Shown here in pieces: positions 14,301 to 28,200 of a DNA stretch of 64,000 nucleotides. A program made the translations under genes and the position numbers. Positions within the stretch are counted from its first letter, which is position 1, and every line of letters begins with the position of its first letter. Source of the stretch: Eledone cirrhosa (Eukaryota); assembly GCA_964016885.1 (NCBI GenBank), contig OZ024743.1, forward strand, positions 174,716,001-174,780,000, written 5' to 3'. The notes under the pieces were generated by a model, which saw only the letters and a list, made by a program, of their open reading frames with translations, was not told where the DNA came from and ran no database searches.

Positions 14301-17300
14301 TGTTGGTAGTCTTTGATATACTGTACCTGTTATATAGGATGTAGGTAGTCTTTGATATACTGTACCTGTTATATATGATGTAGGTAGTCTTTGATATACT
14401 GTACCAGTTATATAGGATGTATGTAGTCTTTGATATACTGTACCTGTTATATAGGATGTAGGTAGTCTTTGATATACTGTACCTGTTATATAGGAAGTAG
14501 GTAGTCTTTGATATACTGTACCTGTTATATAGGATGTCGGTAGTCTTTGATATACTGTACCTGTTATATAGGATGTAGGTAGTTTTGATATACTGTACCT
14601 GTTATATATGATGTAGGTAGTCTTTGATATACCGTACCTGTTACATAGGATGTATGTAGTCTTTGATATACTGTACCTGTTATATAGGATGTAGGTAGTC
14701 TTTGATATACTGTACCTGTTACATAGGATGTAGGTAGTCTTTGATATACTGTACCTGTTATATAGGATGTCGGTAGTCTTTGATATACTGTACCTGTTAT
14801 ATAGGATGTAGGTAGTCTTTGATATACTATACCTGTTATATAGGATGTAGTCTTTGATATACTGTACCTGTTATATAGGATGTAGGTAGTCTTTGATATA
14901 CTGTACCTGTTATATGAGATGTAGGAAGTCTTTGATATACTGTACTTGTTATATAGGATGTAGGTAGTCCTTGATATACTGTACCTGTTATATAGGATGT
15001 AGGTAGTCTTTGATATACTGTACCTGTTATATAGGATGTAGGTAGTCTTTGATATACCGTACCTGTTATATAGGATGTAGGTAGTCTTTGATATACTGTA
15101 CCTGTTATATAGGATGTAGGTAGTCTTTGATATACTGTACCTGTTATATAGGATGTAGGTAGTCTTTGATATACTGTACCTGTTATATAGGATGTAGGTA
15201 GTCTTTGATATACTGTACCTGTTATATGAGATGTAGGAAGTCTTTGATATACTGTACCTGTTATATGAGATGTAGGAAGTCTTTGATATGCTTTACCTGT
15301 TATATAGGATGTAGGTAGTCTTTGATATACTGTACCTGTTATATAGGATGTATGTAGTTTTGATATACTGTACCTGTTATATAGGATGTAGGTAGTCTTT
15401 GATATACTGTACCTTTTATATATGATGTAGGTAGTCTTTGATATACTGTACCTGTTACATAGGATGTATGTAGTCTTTGATATACTGTACCTGTTATATA
15501 GGATGTAGGTAGTCCTTGATATACTGTACCTGTTACATAGGATGTAGGTAGTCTTTGATCTACTGTACCTGTTATATAGGATGTAGGTAGTCTTTGATAT
15601 ACTGTACCTGTTATATAGGATGTAGGTAGTGTTTGATATACTGTACCTGTTATATAGGATGTAGGTAGTCTTTGATATACTGTACCTGTTATATGATATA
15701 TAGGAAGTCTTTGATATACTGTACCTGTTATATAGGATGTCGGTAGTCTTTGATATACTGTACCTGTTATATGAAATGTAGGAAGTCTTTGATATACTGT
15801 ACCTGTTATATAGGATGTAATTAGTCTTTGATATGCTGTACCTGTTATATAGGATGTCGGTAGTCTTTGATATACTGTACCTGTTATATAGGATGTAGGT
15901 AGTCTTTGATATACTGTACCTGTTATATAGGATGTAGGTAGTCTTTGATATACTGTACCTGTTATATAGGATGTAGGTAGTCTTTGATATACTGTACCTG
16001 TTATATAGGATGTAGGTATTCTTTGATATACTGTACCTGTTACATAGGATGTAGGTAGTCTTTGATATACTGTACCTGTTATATGAGATGTAGGAACTCT
16101 TTGATATACTGTACTTGTTATATAGGATGTAGGTAGTGTTTGATATACTGTACAAGTTATATAGGATGTAGGTAGTCTTTGATATACTGTACCTGTTATA
16201 TAGGATGTAGGTAGTCTTTGATATACTGTACCTGTTATATAGGATGTAGGTAGTCTTTGATATACTGTACCTGTTATATAGGATGTAGGTAGTCTTTGAT
16301 ATACTGTACCTGTTATATAGGATGTAGGTAGTCTTTGATATACTGTACCTGTTATATAGGATGTAGGTAGTCTTTGATATACTGTACCTGTTATATAGGA
16401 TGTAGGTAGTCTTTGATATACTGTACCTGTTATATAGGATGTAGGTAGTCTTTGATATACTGTACCTGTTATATGAGATGTAGGAAGTCTTTGATATACT
16501 GTACCTGTTATATGAGATGTAGGAAGTCTTTGATATGCTTTACCTGTTATATAGGATGTAGGTAGTCTTTGATATACTGTACCTGTTATATAGGATGTAT
16601 GTAGTTTTGATATACTGTACCTGTTATATAGGATGTAGGTAGTCTTTGATATACTGTACCTTTTATATATGATGTAGGTAGTCTTTGATATACTGTACCT
16701 GTTACATAGGATGTATGTAGTCTTTGATATACTGTACCTGTTATATAGGATGTAGGTAGTCCTTGATATACTGTACCTGTTACATAGGATGTAGGTAGTC
16801 TTTGATCTACTGTACCTGTTATATAGGATGTAGGTAGTCTTTGATATACTGTACCTGTTATATAGGATGTAGGTAGTGTTTGATATACTGTACCTGTTAT
16901 ATAGGATGTAGGTAGTCTTTGATATACTGTACCTGTTATATGATATATAGGAAGTCTTTGATATACTGTACCTGTTATATAGGATGTCGGTAGTCTTTGA
17001 TATACTGTACCTGTTATATGAAATGTAGGAAGTCTTTGATATACTGTACCTGTTATATAGGATGTAATTAGTCTTTGATATGCTGTACCTGTTATATAGG
17101 ATGTCGGTAGTCTTTGATATACTGTACCTGTTATATAGGATGTAGGTAGTCTTTGATATACTGTACCTGTTATATAGGATGTAGGTAGTCTTTGATATAC
17201 TGTACCTGTTATATAGGATGTAGGTAGTCTTTGATATACTGTACCTGTTATATAGGATGTAGGTATTCTTTGATATACTGTACCTGTTACATAGGATGTA

Positions 17301-17560
17301 GGTAGTCTTTGATATACTGTACCTGTTATATGAGATGTAGGAAGTCTTTGATATACTGTACTTGTTATATAGGATGTAGGTAGTGTTTGATATACTGTAC
17401 AAGTTATATAGGATGTAGGTAGTCTTTGATATACTGTACCTGTTATATAGGATGTAGGTAGTCTTTGATATACTGTACCTGTTATATAGGATGTAGGTAG
17501 TCTTTGATATACTGTACCTGTTATATAGGATGTAGGTAGTCTTTGATATACTGTACCTGT
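8330..17560. repeat. Three-copy higher-order repeat (offsets 2842 bp = 73 monomers and 2491 bp = 64 monomers) followed by a 1247-bp (32-monomer) partial fourth copy
   Basis: Identical 439-aa conceptual translations at 9503, 12345 and 14836, with ORF starts at 10822, 13664, 16155 and 17402. Shared rare markers are TGTAACCTG (+1), TACAAGTT, GGAACTC, TGATATATAGGAAG and GGTTGTACGT. Confidence 0.92.
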
Positions 17561-19689
17561 TATATAGGATGTAGGTAGTGTTTGATATACTGTACCTGTT
17601 ATATAGGATGTAGGTAGTCTTTGATATACTGTACCTGTTATATAGGATGTAGGTAGTCTTTGATATACTGTACCTGTTATATAGGATGTAGGTAGTGTTT
17701 GATATACTGTACCTGTTATATGAGATGTAGGAAGTCTTTGATATACTGTACCTGTTATATGAGATGTAGGAAGTCTTTGATATGCTTTACCTGTTATATA
17801 GGATGTAGGTAGTCTTTGATATACTGTACCTGTTATATAGGATGTATGTAGTCTTTGATATACTGTACCTGTTATATAGGATGTAGGTAGTCTTTGATAT
17901 ACTGTACCTTTTATATATGATGTAGGTAGTCTTTGATATACTGTACCTGTTACATAGGATGTATGTAGTCTTTGATATACTGTACCTGTTATATAGGATG
18001 TAGGTAGTCCTTGATATACTGTACCTGTTACATAGGATGTAGGTAGTCTTTGATCTACTGTACCTGTTATATAGGATGTAGGTAGTCTTTGATATACTGT
18101 ACCTGTTATATAGGATGTAGGTAGTGTTTGATATACTGTACCTGTTATATAGGATGTAGGTAGTCTTTGATATACTGTACCTGTTATATGAGATATAGGA
18201 AGTCTTTGATAAACTGTACCTGTTATATAGGATGTCGGTAGTCTTTGATATACTGTACCTGTTATATGAGATGTAGGAAGTCTTTGATATACTGTACCTG
18301 TTATATAGGATGTAGGTAGTCTTTGATATACTGTACCTGTTATATAGGATGTCGGTAGTCTTTGATATACTGTACCTGTTATATAGGATGTAGGTAGTCT
18401 TTGATATACTGTACCTGTTATATAGGATGTAGGTAGTTTTGATATACTGTACCTGTTATATATGATGTAGGTAGTCTTTGATATACCGTACCTGTTACAT
18501 AGGATGTATGTAGTCTTTGATATACTGTACCTGTTATATAGGATGTAGGTAGTCTTTGATATACTGTACCTGTTACATAGGATGTAGGTAGTCTTTGATA
18601 TACTGTACCTGTTATATAGGATGTCGGTAGTCTATGATATACTGTACCTGTTATATAGGATGTAGGTAGTCTTTGATATACTATACCTGTTATATAGGAT
18701 GTAGTCTTTGATATACTGTACCTGTTATATAGGATGTAGGTAGTGTTTGATATACTGTACCTGTTATATAGGATGTAGGTAGTCTTTGATATACTGTACC
18801 TGTTATATGAGATGTAGGAAGTCTTTGATATACTGTACTTGTTATATAGGATGTAGGTAGTCCTTGATATACTGTACCTGTTATATAGGATGTAGGTAGT
18901 CTTTGATATACCGTACCTGTTATATAGGATGTAGGTAGTCTTTGATATACTGTACCTGTTATATAGGATGTAGGTAGTCTTTGATATACTGTACCTGTTA
19001 TATAGGATGTAGGTAGTCTTTGATATACTGTACCTGTTATATAGGATGTAGTCTTTGATATACTGTACCTGTTATATAGGATGTAGGTAGTGTTTGATAT
19101 ACTGTACCTGTTATATAGGATGTAGGTAGTCTTTGATATACTGTACCTGTTATATGAGATGTAGGAAGTCTTTGATATACTGTACTTGTTATATAGGATG
19201 TAGGTAGTCCTTGATATACTGTACCTGTTATATAGGATGTAGGTAGTCTTTGATATACCGTACCTGTTATATAGGATGTAGGTAGTCTTTGATATACTGT
19301 ACCTGTTATATAGGATGTAGGTAGTCTTTGATATACTGTACCTGTTATATAGGATGTAGGTAGTCTTTGATATACTGTACCTGTTATATAGGATGTAGGT
19401 AGTCTTTGATATACTGTACCTGTTATATAGGATGTAGGTAGTCTTTGATATACTGTACCTGTTATATAGGATGTAGGTAGTCTTTGATATACTGTACCTG
19501 TTATATAGGATGTAGGTAGTCTTTGATATACTGTACCTGTTATATGAGATGTAGGAAGTCTTTGATATACTGTACCTGTTATATGAGATGTAGGAAGTCT
19601 TTGATATGCTTTACCTGTTATATAGGATGTAGGTAGTCTTTGATATACTGTACCTTTTATATAGGATGTATGTAGTTTTGATATACTGT

Positions 19690-22600
19690 ACCTGTTATAT
19701 AGGATGTAGGTAGTCTTTGATATACTGTACCTTTTATATATGATGTAGGTAGTCTTTGATATACTGTACCTGTTACATAGGATGTATGTAGTCTTTGATA
19801 TACTGTACCTGTTATATAGGATGTAGGTAGTCCTTGATATACTGTACCTGTAACACAGGATGTAGGTAGTCTTTGATCTACTGTACCTGTTATATAGGAT
19901 GTAGGTAGTCTTTGATATACTGTACCTGTTATATAGGATGTAGGTAGTGTTTGATATACTGTACCTGTTATATAGGATGTAGGTAGTCTTTGATATACTG
20001 TACCTGTTATATGAGATATAGGAAGTCTTTGATATACTGTACCTGTTATATAGGATCTCGGTAGTCTTTGATATACTGTACCTGTTATATGAAATGTAGG
20101 AAGTCTTTGATATACTGTACCTGTTATATAGGATGTAATTAGTCTTTGATATGCTGTACCTGTTATATAGGATGTCGGTAGTCTTTGATATACTGTACCT
20201 GTTATATAGGATGTAGGTAGTCTTTGATATACTGTACCTGTTATATAGGATGTAGGTAGTCTTTGATATACTGTACCTGTTATATAGGATGTAGGTAGTC
20301 TTTGATATACTGTACCTGTTATATAGGATGTAGGTAGTGTTTGATATACTGTACCTGTTACATAGGATGTAGGTAGTCTTTGATATACTGTACCTGTTAT
20401 ATAGGATGTAGGTAGTCTTTGATATACTGTACTTGTTATATAGGATGTAGGTAGTCTTTGATATACTATACCTGTTATATAGGATGTAGTCTTTGATATA
20501 CTGTACCTGTTATATAGGATGTAGGTAGTCTTTGATATACTGTACCTGTTATATGAGATGTAGGAAGTCTTTGATATACTGTACTTGTTATATAGGATGT
20601 AGGTAGTGTTTGATATACTGTACCTGTTATATAGGATGTAGGTAGTCTTTGATATACTGTACCTGTTATATAGGATGTAGGTAGTCTTTGATATACTGTA
20701 CCTGTTATATAGGATGTAGGTAGTCTTTGATATACTGTACCTGTTATATAGGATGTAGGTAGTCTTTGATATACTGTACCTGTTATATAGGATGTAGGTA
20801 GTCTTTGATATACTGTACCTGTTATATAGGATGTAGGTAGTCTTTGATATACTGTACCTGTTATATAGGATGTAGGTAGTCTTTGATATACTGTACCTGT
20901 TATATAGGATGTAGGTAGTCTTTGATATACTGTACATGTTATATAGGATGTAGGTAGTCTTTGATATACTGTACCTGTTATATAGGATGTAGGTAGTGTT
21001 TGATATACTGTACCTGTTATATAGGATGTAGGTAGTGTTTGATATACTGTACCTGTTATATGAGATGTAGGAAGTCTTTGATATACTGTACCTGTTATAT
21101 GAGATGTAGGAAGTCTTTGATATGCTTTACCTGTTATATAGGATGTAGGTAGTCTTTGATATACTGTACCTGTTATATAGGATGTATGTAGTCTTTGATA
21201 TACTGTACCTGTTATATAGGATGTAGGTAGTCTTTGATATACTGTACCTTTTATATATGATGTAGGTAGTCTTTGATATACTGTACCTGTTACATAGGAT
21301 GTATGTAGTCTTTGATATACTGTACCTGTTATATAGGATGTAGGTAGTCCTTGATATACTGTACCTGTTACATAGGATGTAGGTAGTCTTTGATCTACTG
21401 TACCTGTTATATAGGATGTAGGTAGTCTTTGATATACTGTACCTGTTATATAGGATGTAGGTAGTCTTTGATATACTGTACCTGTTATATAGGATGTAGG
21501 TAGTCTTTGATATACTGTACCTGTTATATGAGATATAGGAAGTCTTTGATAAACTGTACCTGTTATATAGGATGTCGGTAGTCTTTGATATACTGTACCT
21601 GTTATATGAGATGTAGGAAGTCTTTGATATACTGTACCTGTTATATAGGATGTAGGTAGTCTTTGATATACTGTACCTGTTATATAGGATGTCGGTAGTC
21701 TTTGATATACTGTACCTGTTATATAGGATGTAGGTAGTCTTTGATATACTGTACCTGTTATATAGGATGTAGGTAGTCTTTGATATACTGTACCTGTTAT
21801 ATAGGATGTAGGTAGTCTTTGATATACTGTACCTGTTATATAGGATGTAGGTAGTCTTTGATATACTGTACCTGTTACATAGGATGTAGGTAGTCTTTGA
21901 TATACTGTACGTGTTATATAGGATGTAGGTAGTCTTTGATATACTGTACTTGTTATATAGGATGTAGGTAGTCTTTGATATACTATACCTGTTATATAGG
22001 ATGTAGTCTTTGATATACTGTACCTGTTATATAGGATGTAGGTAGTCTTTGATATACTGTACCTGTTATATGAGATGTAGGAAGTCTTTGATATACTGTA
22101 CTTGTTATATAGGATGTAGGTAGTGTTTGATATACTGTACCTGTTATATAGGATGTAGGTAGTCTTTGATATACTGTACCTGTTATATAGGATGTAGGTA
22201 GTCTTTGATATACTGTACCTGTTATATAGGATGTAGGTAGTCTTTGATATACTGTACCTGTTATATAGGATGTAGGTAGTCTTTGATATACTGTACCTGT
22301 TATATAGGATGTAGGTTGTGTTTGATATACTGTACCTGTTATATAGGATGTAGGTAGTCTTTGATATACTGTACCTGTTATATAGGATGTAGGTAGTCTT
22401 TGATATACTGTACCTGTTATATAGGATGTAGGTAGTCTTTGATATACTGTACCTGTTATATAGGATGTAGGTAGTCTTTGATATACTGTACCTGTTATAT
22501 AGGATGTAGGTAGTCTTTGATATACTGTACCTTTTATATATGATGTAGGTAGTCTTTGATATACTGTACCTGTTACATAGGATGTATGTAGTCTTTGATA

Positions 22601-25290
22601 TACTGTACCTGTTATATAGGATGTAGGTAGTCCTTGATATACTGTACCTGTAACACAGGATGTAGGTAGTCTTTGATCTACTGTACCTGTTATATAGGAT
22701 GTAGGTAGTCTTTGATATACTGTACCTGTTATATAGGATGTAGGTAGTGTTTGATATACTGTACCTGTTATATAGGATGTAGGTAGTCTTTGATATACTG
22801 TACCTGTTATATGAGATATAGGAAGTCTTTGATATACTGTACCTGTTATATAGGATCTCGGTAGTCTTTGATATACTGTACCTGTTATATGAAATGTAGG
22901 AAGTCTTTGATATACTGTACCTGTTATATAGGATGTAATTAGTCTTTGATATGCTGTACCTGTTATATAGGATGTCGGTAGTCTTTGATATACTGTACCT
23001 GTTATATAGGATGTAGGTAGTCTTTGATATACTGTACCTGTTATATAGGATGTAGGTAGTCTTTGATATACTGTACCTGTTATATAGGATGTAGGTAGTC
23101 TTTGATATACTGTACCTGTTATATAGGATGTAGGTAGTGTTTGATATACTGTACCTGTTACATAGGATGTAGGTAGTCTTTGATATACTGTACCTGTTAT
23201 ATAGGATGTAGGTAGTCTTTGATATACTGTACTTGTTATATAGGATGTAGGTAGTCTTTGATATACTATACCTGTTATATAGGATGTAGTCTTTGATATA
23301 CTGTACCTGTTATATAGGATGTAGGTAGTCTTTGATATACTGTACCTGTTATATGAGATGTAGGAAGTCTTTGATATACTGTACTTGTTATATAGGATGT
23401 AGGTAGTGTTTGATATACTGTACCTGTTATATAGGATGTAGGTAGTCTTTGATATACTGTACCTGTTATATAGGATGTAGGTAGTCTTTGATATACTGTA
23501 CCTGTTATATAGGATGTAGGTAGTCTTTGATATACTGTACCTGTTATATAGGATGTAGGTAGTCTTTGATATACTGTACCTGTTATATAGGATGTAGGTA
23601 GTCTTTGATATACTGTACCTGTTATATAGGATGTAGGTAGTCTTTGATATACTGTACCTGTTATATAGGATGTAGGTAGTCTTTGATATACTGTACCTGT
23701 TATATAGGATGTAGGTAGTCTTTGATATACTGTACATGTTATATAGGATGTAGGTAGTCTTTGATATACTGTACCTGTTATATAGGATGTAGGTAGTGTT
23801 TGATATACTGTACCTGTTATATAGGATGTAGGTAGTGTTTGATATACTGTACCTGTTATATGAGATGTAGGAAGTCTTTGATATACTGTACCTGTTATAT
23901 GAGATGTAGGAAGTCTTTGATATGCTTTACCTGTTATATAGGATGTAGGTAGTCTTTGATATACTGTACCTGTTATATAGGATGTATGTAGTCTTTGATA
24001 TACTGTACCTGTTATATAGGATGTAGGTAGTCTTTGATATACTGTACCTTTTATATATGATGTAGGTAGTCTTTGATATACTGTACCTGTTACATAGGAT
24101 GTATGTAGTCTTTGATATACTGTACCTGTTATATAGGATGTAGGTAGTCCTTGATATACTGTACCTGTTACATAGGATGTAGGTAGTCTTTGATCTACTG
24201 TACCTGTTATATAGGATGTAGGTAGTCTTTGATATACTGTACCTGTTATATAGGATGTAGGTAGTCTTTGATATACTGTACCTGTTATATAGGATGTAGG
24301 TAGTCTTTGATATACTGTACCTGTTATATGAGATATAGGAAGTCTTTGATAAACTGTACCTGTTATATAGGATGTCGGTAGTCTTTGATATACTGTACCT
24401 GTTATATGAGATGTAGGAAGTCTTTGATATACTGTACCTGTTATATAGGATGTAGGTAGTCTTTGATATACTGTACCTGTTATATAGGATGTCGGTAGTC
24501 TTTGATATACTGTACCTGTTATATAGGATGTAGGTAGTCTTTGATATACTGTACCTGTTATATAGGATGTAGGTAGTCTTTGATATACTGTACCTGTTAT
24601 ATAGGATGTAGGTAGTCTTTGATATACTGTACCTGTTATATAGGATGTAGGTAGTCTTTGATATACTGTACCTGTTACATAGGATGTAGGTAGTCTTTGA
24701 TATACTGTACGTGTTATATAGGATGTAGGTAGTCTTTGATATACTGTACTTGTTATATAGGATGTAGGTAGTCTTTGATATACTATACCTGTTATATAGG
24801 ATGTAGTCTTTGATATACTGTACCTGTTATATAGGATGTAGGTAGTCTTTGATATACTGTACCTGTTATATGAGATGTAGGAAGTCTTTGATATACTGTA
24901 CTTGTTATATAGGATGTAGGTAGTGTTTGATATACTGTACCTGTTATATAGGATGTAGGTAGTCTTTGATATACTGTACCTGTTATATAGGATGTAGGTA
25001 GTCTTTGATATACTGTACCTGTTATATAGGATGTAGGTAGTCTTTGATATACTGTACCTGTTATATAGGATGTAGGTAGTCTTTGATATACTGTACCTGT
25101 TATATAGGATGTAGGTTGTGTTTGATATACTGTACCTGTTATATAGGATGTAGGTAGTCTTTGATATACTGTACCTGTTATATAGGATGTAGGTAGTCTT
25201 TGATATACTGTACCTGTTATATAGGATGTAGGTAGTCTTTGATATACTGTACCTGTTATATAGGATGTAGGTAGTCTTTGATATACTGTA
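19690..25290. repeat. Two-copy higher-order repeat, offset 2800 bp (72 monomers)
   Basis: TAACACAGG at 19851/22651, GGATCTCGG at ~20055/22855, TACATG at 20935/23735, GATAAAC at 21552/24352, TACGTG at ~21911/24711 and GGTTGTG at ~22315/25115. Confidence 0.92.
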
Positions 25291-28200
25291 CCTGTTATAT
25301 AGGATGTAGGTAGTGTTTGATATACTGTACCTGTTATATAGGATGTAGGTAGTCTTTGATATACTGTACCTGTTATATGAGATGTAGGAAGTCTTTGATA
25401 TACTGTACCTGTTATATGAGATGTAGGAAGTCTTTGATATGCTGTACCTGTTATATAGGATGTAGGTAGTCTTTGATATACTGTACCTGTTATATAGGAT
25501 GTCGGTAGTCTTTGATATACTGTACCTGTTATATAGGATGTAGGTAGTCTTTGATATACTGTACCTGTTATATAGGATGTAGGTAGTCTTTGATATACTG
25601 TACCTGTTAAATAGGATGTAGGTAGTCTTGGATATACTGTACCTGTTATATAGGATGTAGGTAGTCTTTGATATACTGTACCTGTTATATAGGATGTAGG
25701 TAGTCTTTGATATACTGTACCTGTTATATAGGATGTAGGTAGTGTTTGATATACTGTACCTGTTATATATGATGTAGGTAGTCTTTGATATACTGTACCT
25801 GTTACATAGGATGTATGTTGTCTTTGATATACTGTACCTGTTACATAGGATGTAGGTAGTCTTTGATATACTGTACCTGTTATATAGGATGTAGGTAGTG
25901 TTTGATATACTGTACCTGTTATATAGGTTGTAGGTAGTCTTTGATATACTGTACCTGTTATATAGGATGTAGGTAGTCTTTGATATACTGTACCTGTTAT
26001 ATAGGATGTAGGTAGTCTTTGATATACTGTACCTGTTATATAGGATGTAGGTAGTCTTTGATATACTGTACCTGTTATATAGGATGTACGTAGTCTTTGA
26101 TATACTGTACCTGTTATATGATATGTATGAAGTCTTTGATATACTGTACCTGTTATATAGGATGTAGGTAGTCTTTGATATACTGTCCCTGTTATATAGG
26201 ATGTAGGTAGTTTTTGATATACTGTACCTGTTATATGGGATGTCGGTAGTCTTTGATATACTGTACCTGTTATATAGGATGTAGGTAGTCTTTGATATAC
26301 TGTACCAGTTATATAGGATGTATGTAGTCTTTGATATACTGTACCTGTTATATAGGATGTAGGTAGTCTTTGATATACTGTACCTGTTATATAGGATGTA
26401 GGTAGTCTTTGATATACTGTACCTGTTATATAGGATGTCGGTAGTCTTTGATATACTGTACCTGTTATATAGGCTGTAGGTAGTTTTGATATACTGTACC
26501 TGTTATATATGATGTAGGTAGTCTTTGATATACCGTACCTGTTACATAGGATGTATGTAGTCTTTGATATACTGTACCTGTTATATAGGATGTAGGTAGT
26601 CTTTGATATACTGTACCTGTTACATAGGATGTAGGTAGTCTTTGATATACTGTACCTGTTATATAGGATGTCGGTAGTCTTTGATATACTGTACCTGTTA
26701 TATAGGATGTAGGTAGTCTTTGATATACTATACCTGTTATATAGGATGTAGTCTTTGATATACTGTACCTGTTATATAGGATGTAGGTAGTCTTTGATAT
26801 ACTGTACCTGTTATATGAGATGTAGGAAGTCTTTGATATACTGTACTTGTTATATAGGATGTAGGTAGTCCTTGATATACTGTACCTGTTATATAGGATG
26901 TAGGTAGTCTTTGATATACTGTACCTGTTATATAGGATGTAGGTAGTCTTTGATATACCGTACCTGTTATATAGGATGTAGGTAGTCTTTGATATACTGT
27001 ACCTGTTATATAGGATGTAGGTAGTCTTTGATATACTGTACCTGTTATATAGGATGTAGGTAGTCTTTGATATACTGTACCTGTTATATAGGATGTAGGT
27101 AGTCTTTGATATACTGTACCTGTTATATAGGATGTAGGTAGTCTTTGATATACTGTACCTGTTATATAGGATGTAGGTAGTCTTTGATATACTGTACCTG
27201 TTATATAGGATGTAGGTAGTCTTTGATATACTGTACCTGTTATATAGGATGTAGGTAGTCTTTGATATACTGTACCTGTTATATAGGATGTAGGTAGTGT
27301 TTGATATACTGTACCTGTTATATAGGATGTAGGTAGTGTTTGATATACTGTACCTGTTATATGAGATGTAGGAAGTCTTTGATATACTGTACCTGTTATA
27401 TGAGATGTAGGAAGTCTTTGATATGCTTTACCTGTTATATAGGATGTAGGTAGTCTTTGATATACTGTACCTGTTATATAGGATGTATGTAGTCTTTGAT
27501 ATACTGTACCTGTTATATAGGATGTAGGTAGTCTTTGATATACTGTACCTTTTATATATGATGTAGGTAGTCTTTGATATACTGTACCTGTTACATAGGA
27601 TGTATGTAGTCTTTGATATACTGTACCTGTTATATAGGATGTAGGTAGTCCTTGATATACTGTACCTGTTACATAGGATGTAGGTAGTCTTTGATCTACT
27701 GTACCTGTTATATAGGATGTAGGTAGTCTTTGATATACTGTACCTGTTATATAGGATGTAGGTAGTCTTTGATATACTGTACCTGTTATATAGGATGTAG
27801 GTAGTCTTTGATATACTGTACCTGTTATATGAGATATAGGAAGTCTTTGATAAACTGTACCTGTTATATAGGATGTCGGTAGTCTTTGATATACTGTACC
27901 TGTTATATGAGATGTAGGAAGTCTTTGATATACTGTACCTGTTATATAGGATGTAGGTAGTCTTTGATATACTGTACCTGTTATATAGGATGTCGGTAGT
28001 CTTTGATATACTGTACCTGTTACATAGGATGTAGGTAGTCTTTGATATACTGTACCAGTTATATAGGATGTAGGTAGTCTTTGATATACTGTACTTGTTA
28101 TATAGGATGTAGGTAGTCTTTGATATACTATACCTGTTATATAGGATGTAGTCTTTGATATACTGTACCTGTTATATAGGATGTAGGTAGTCTTTGATAT

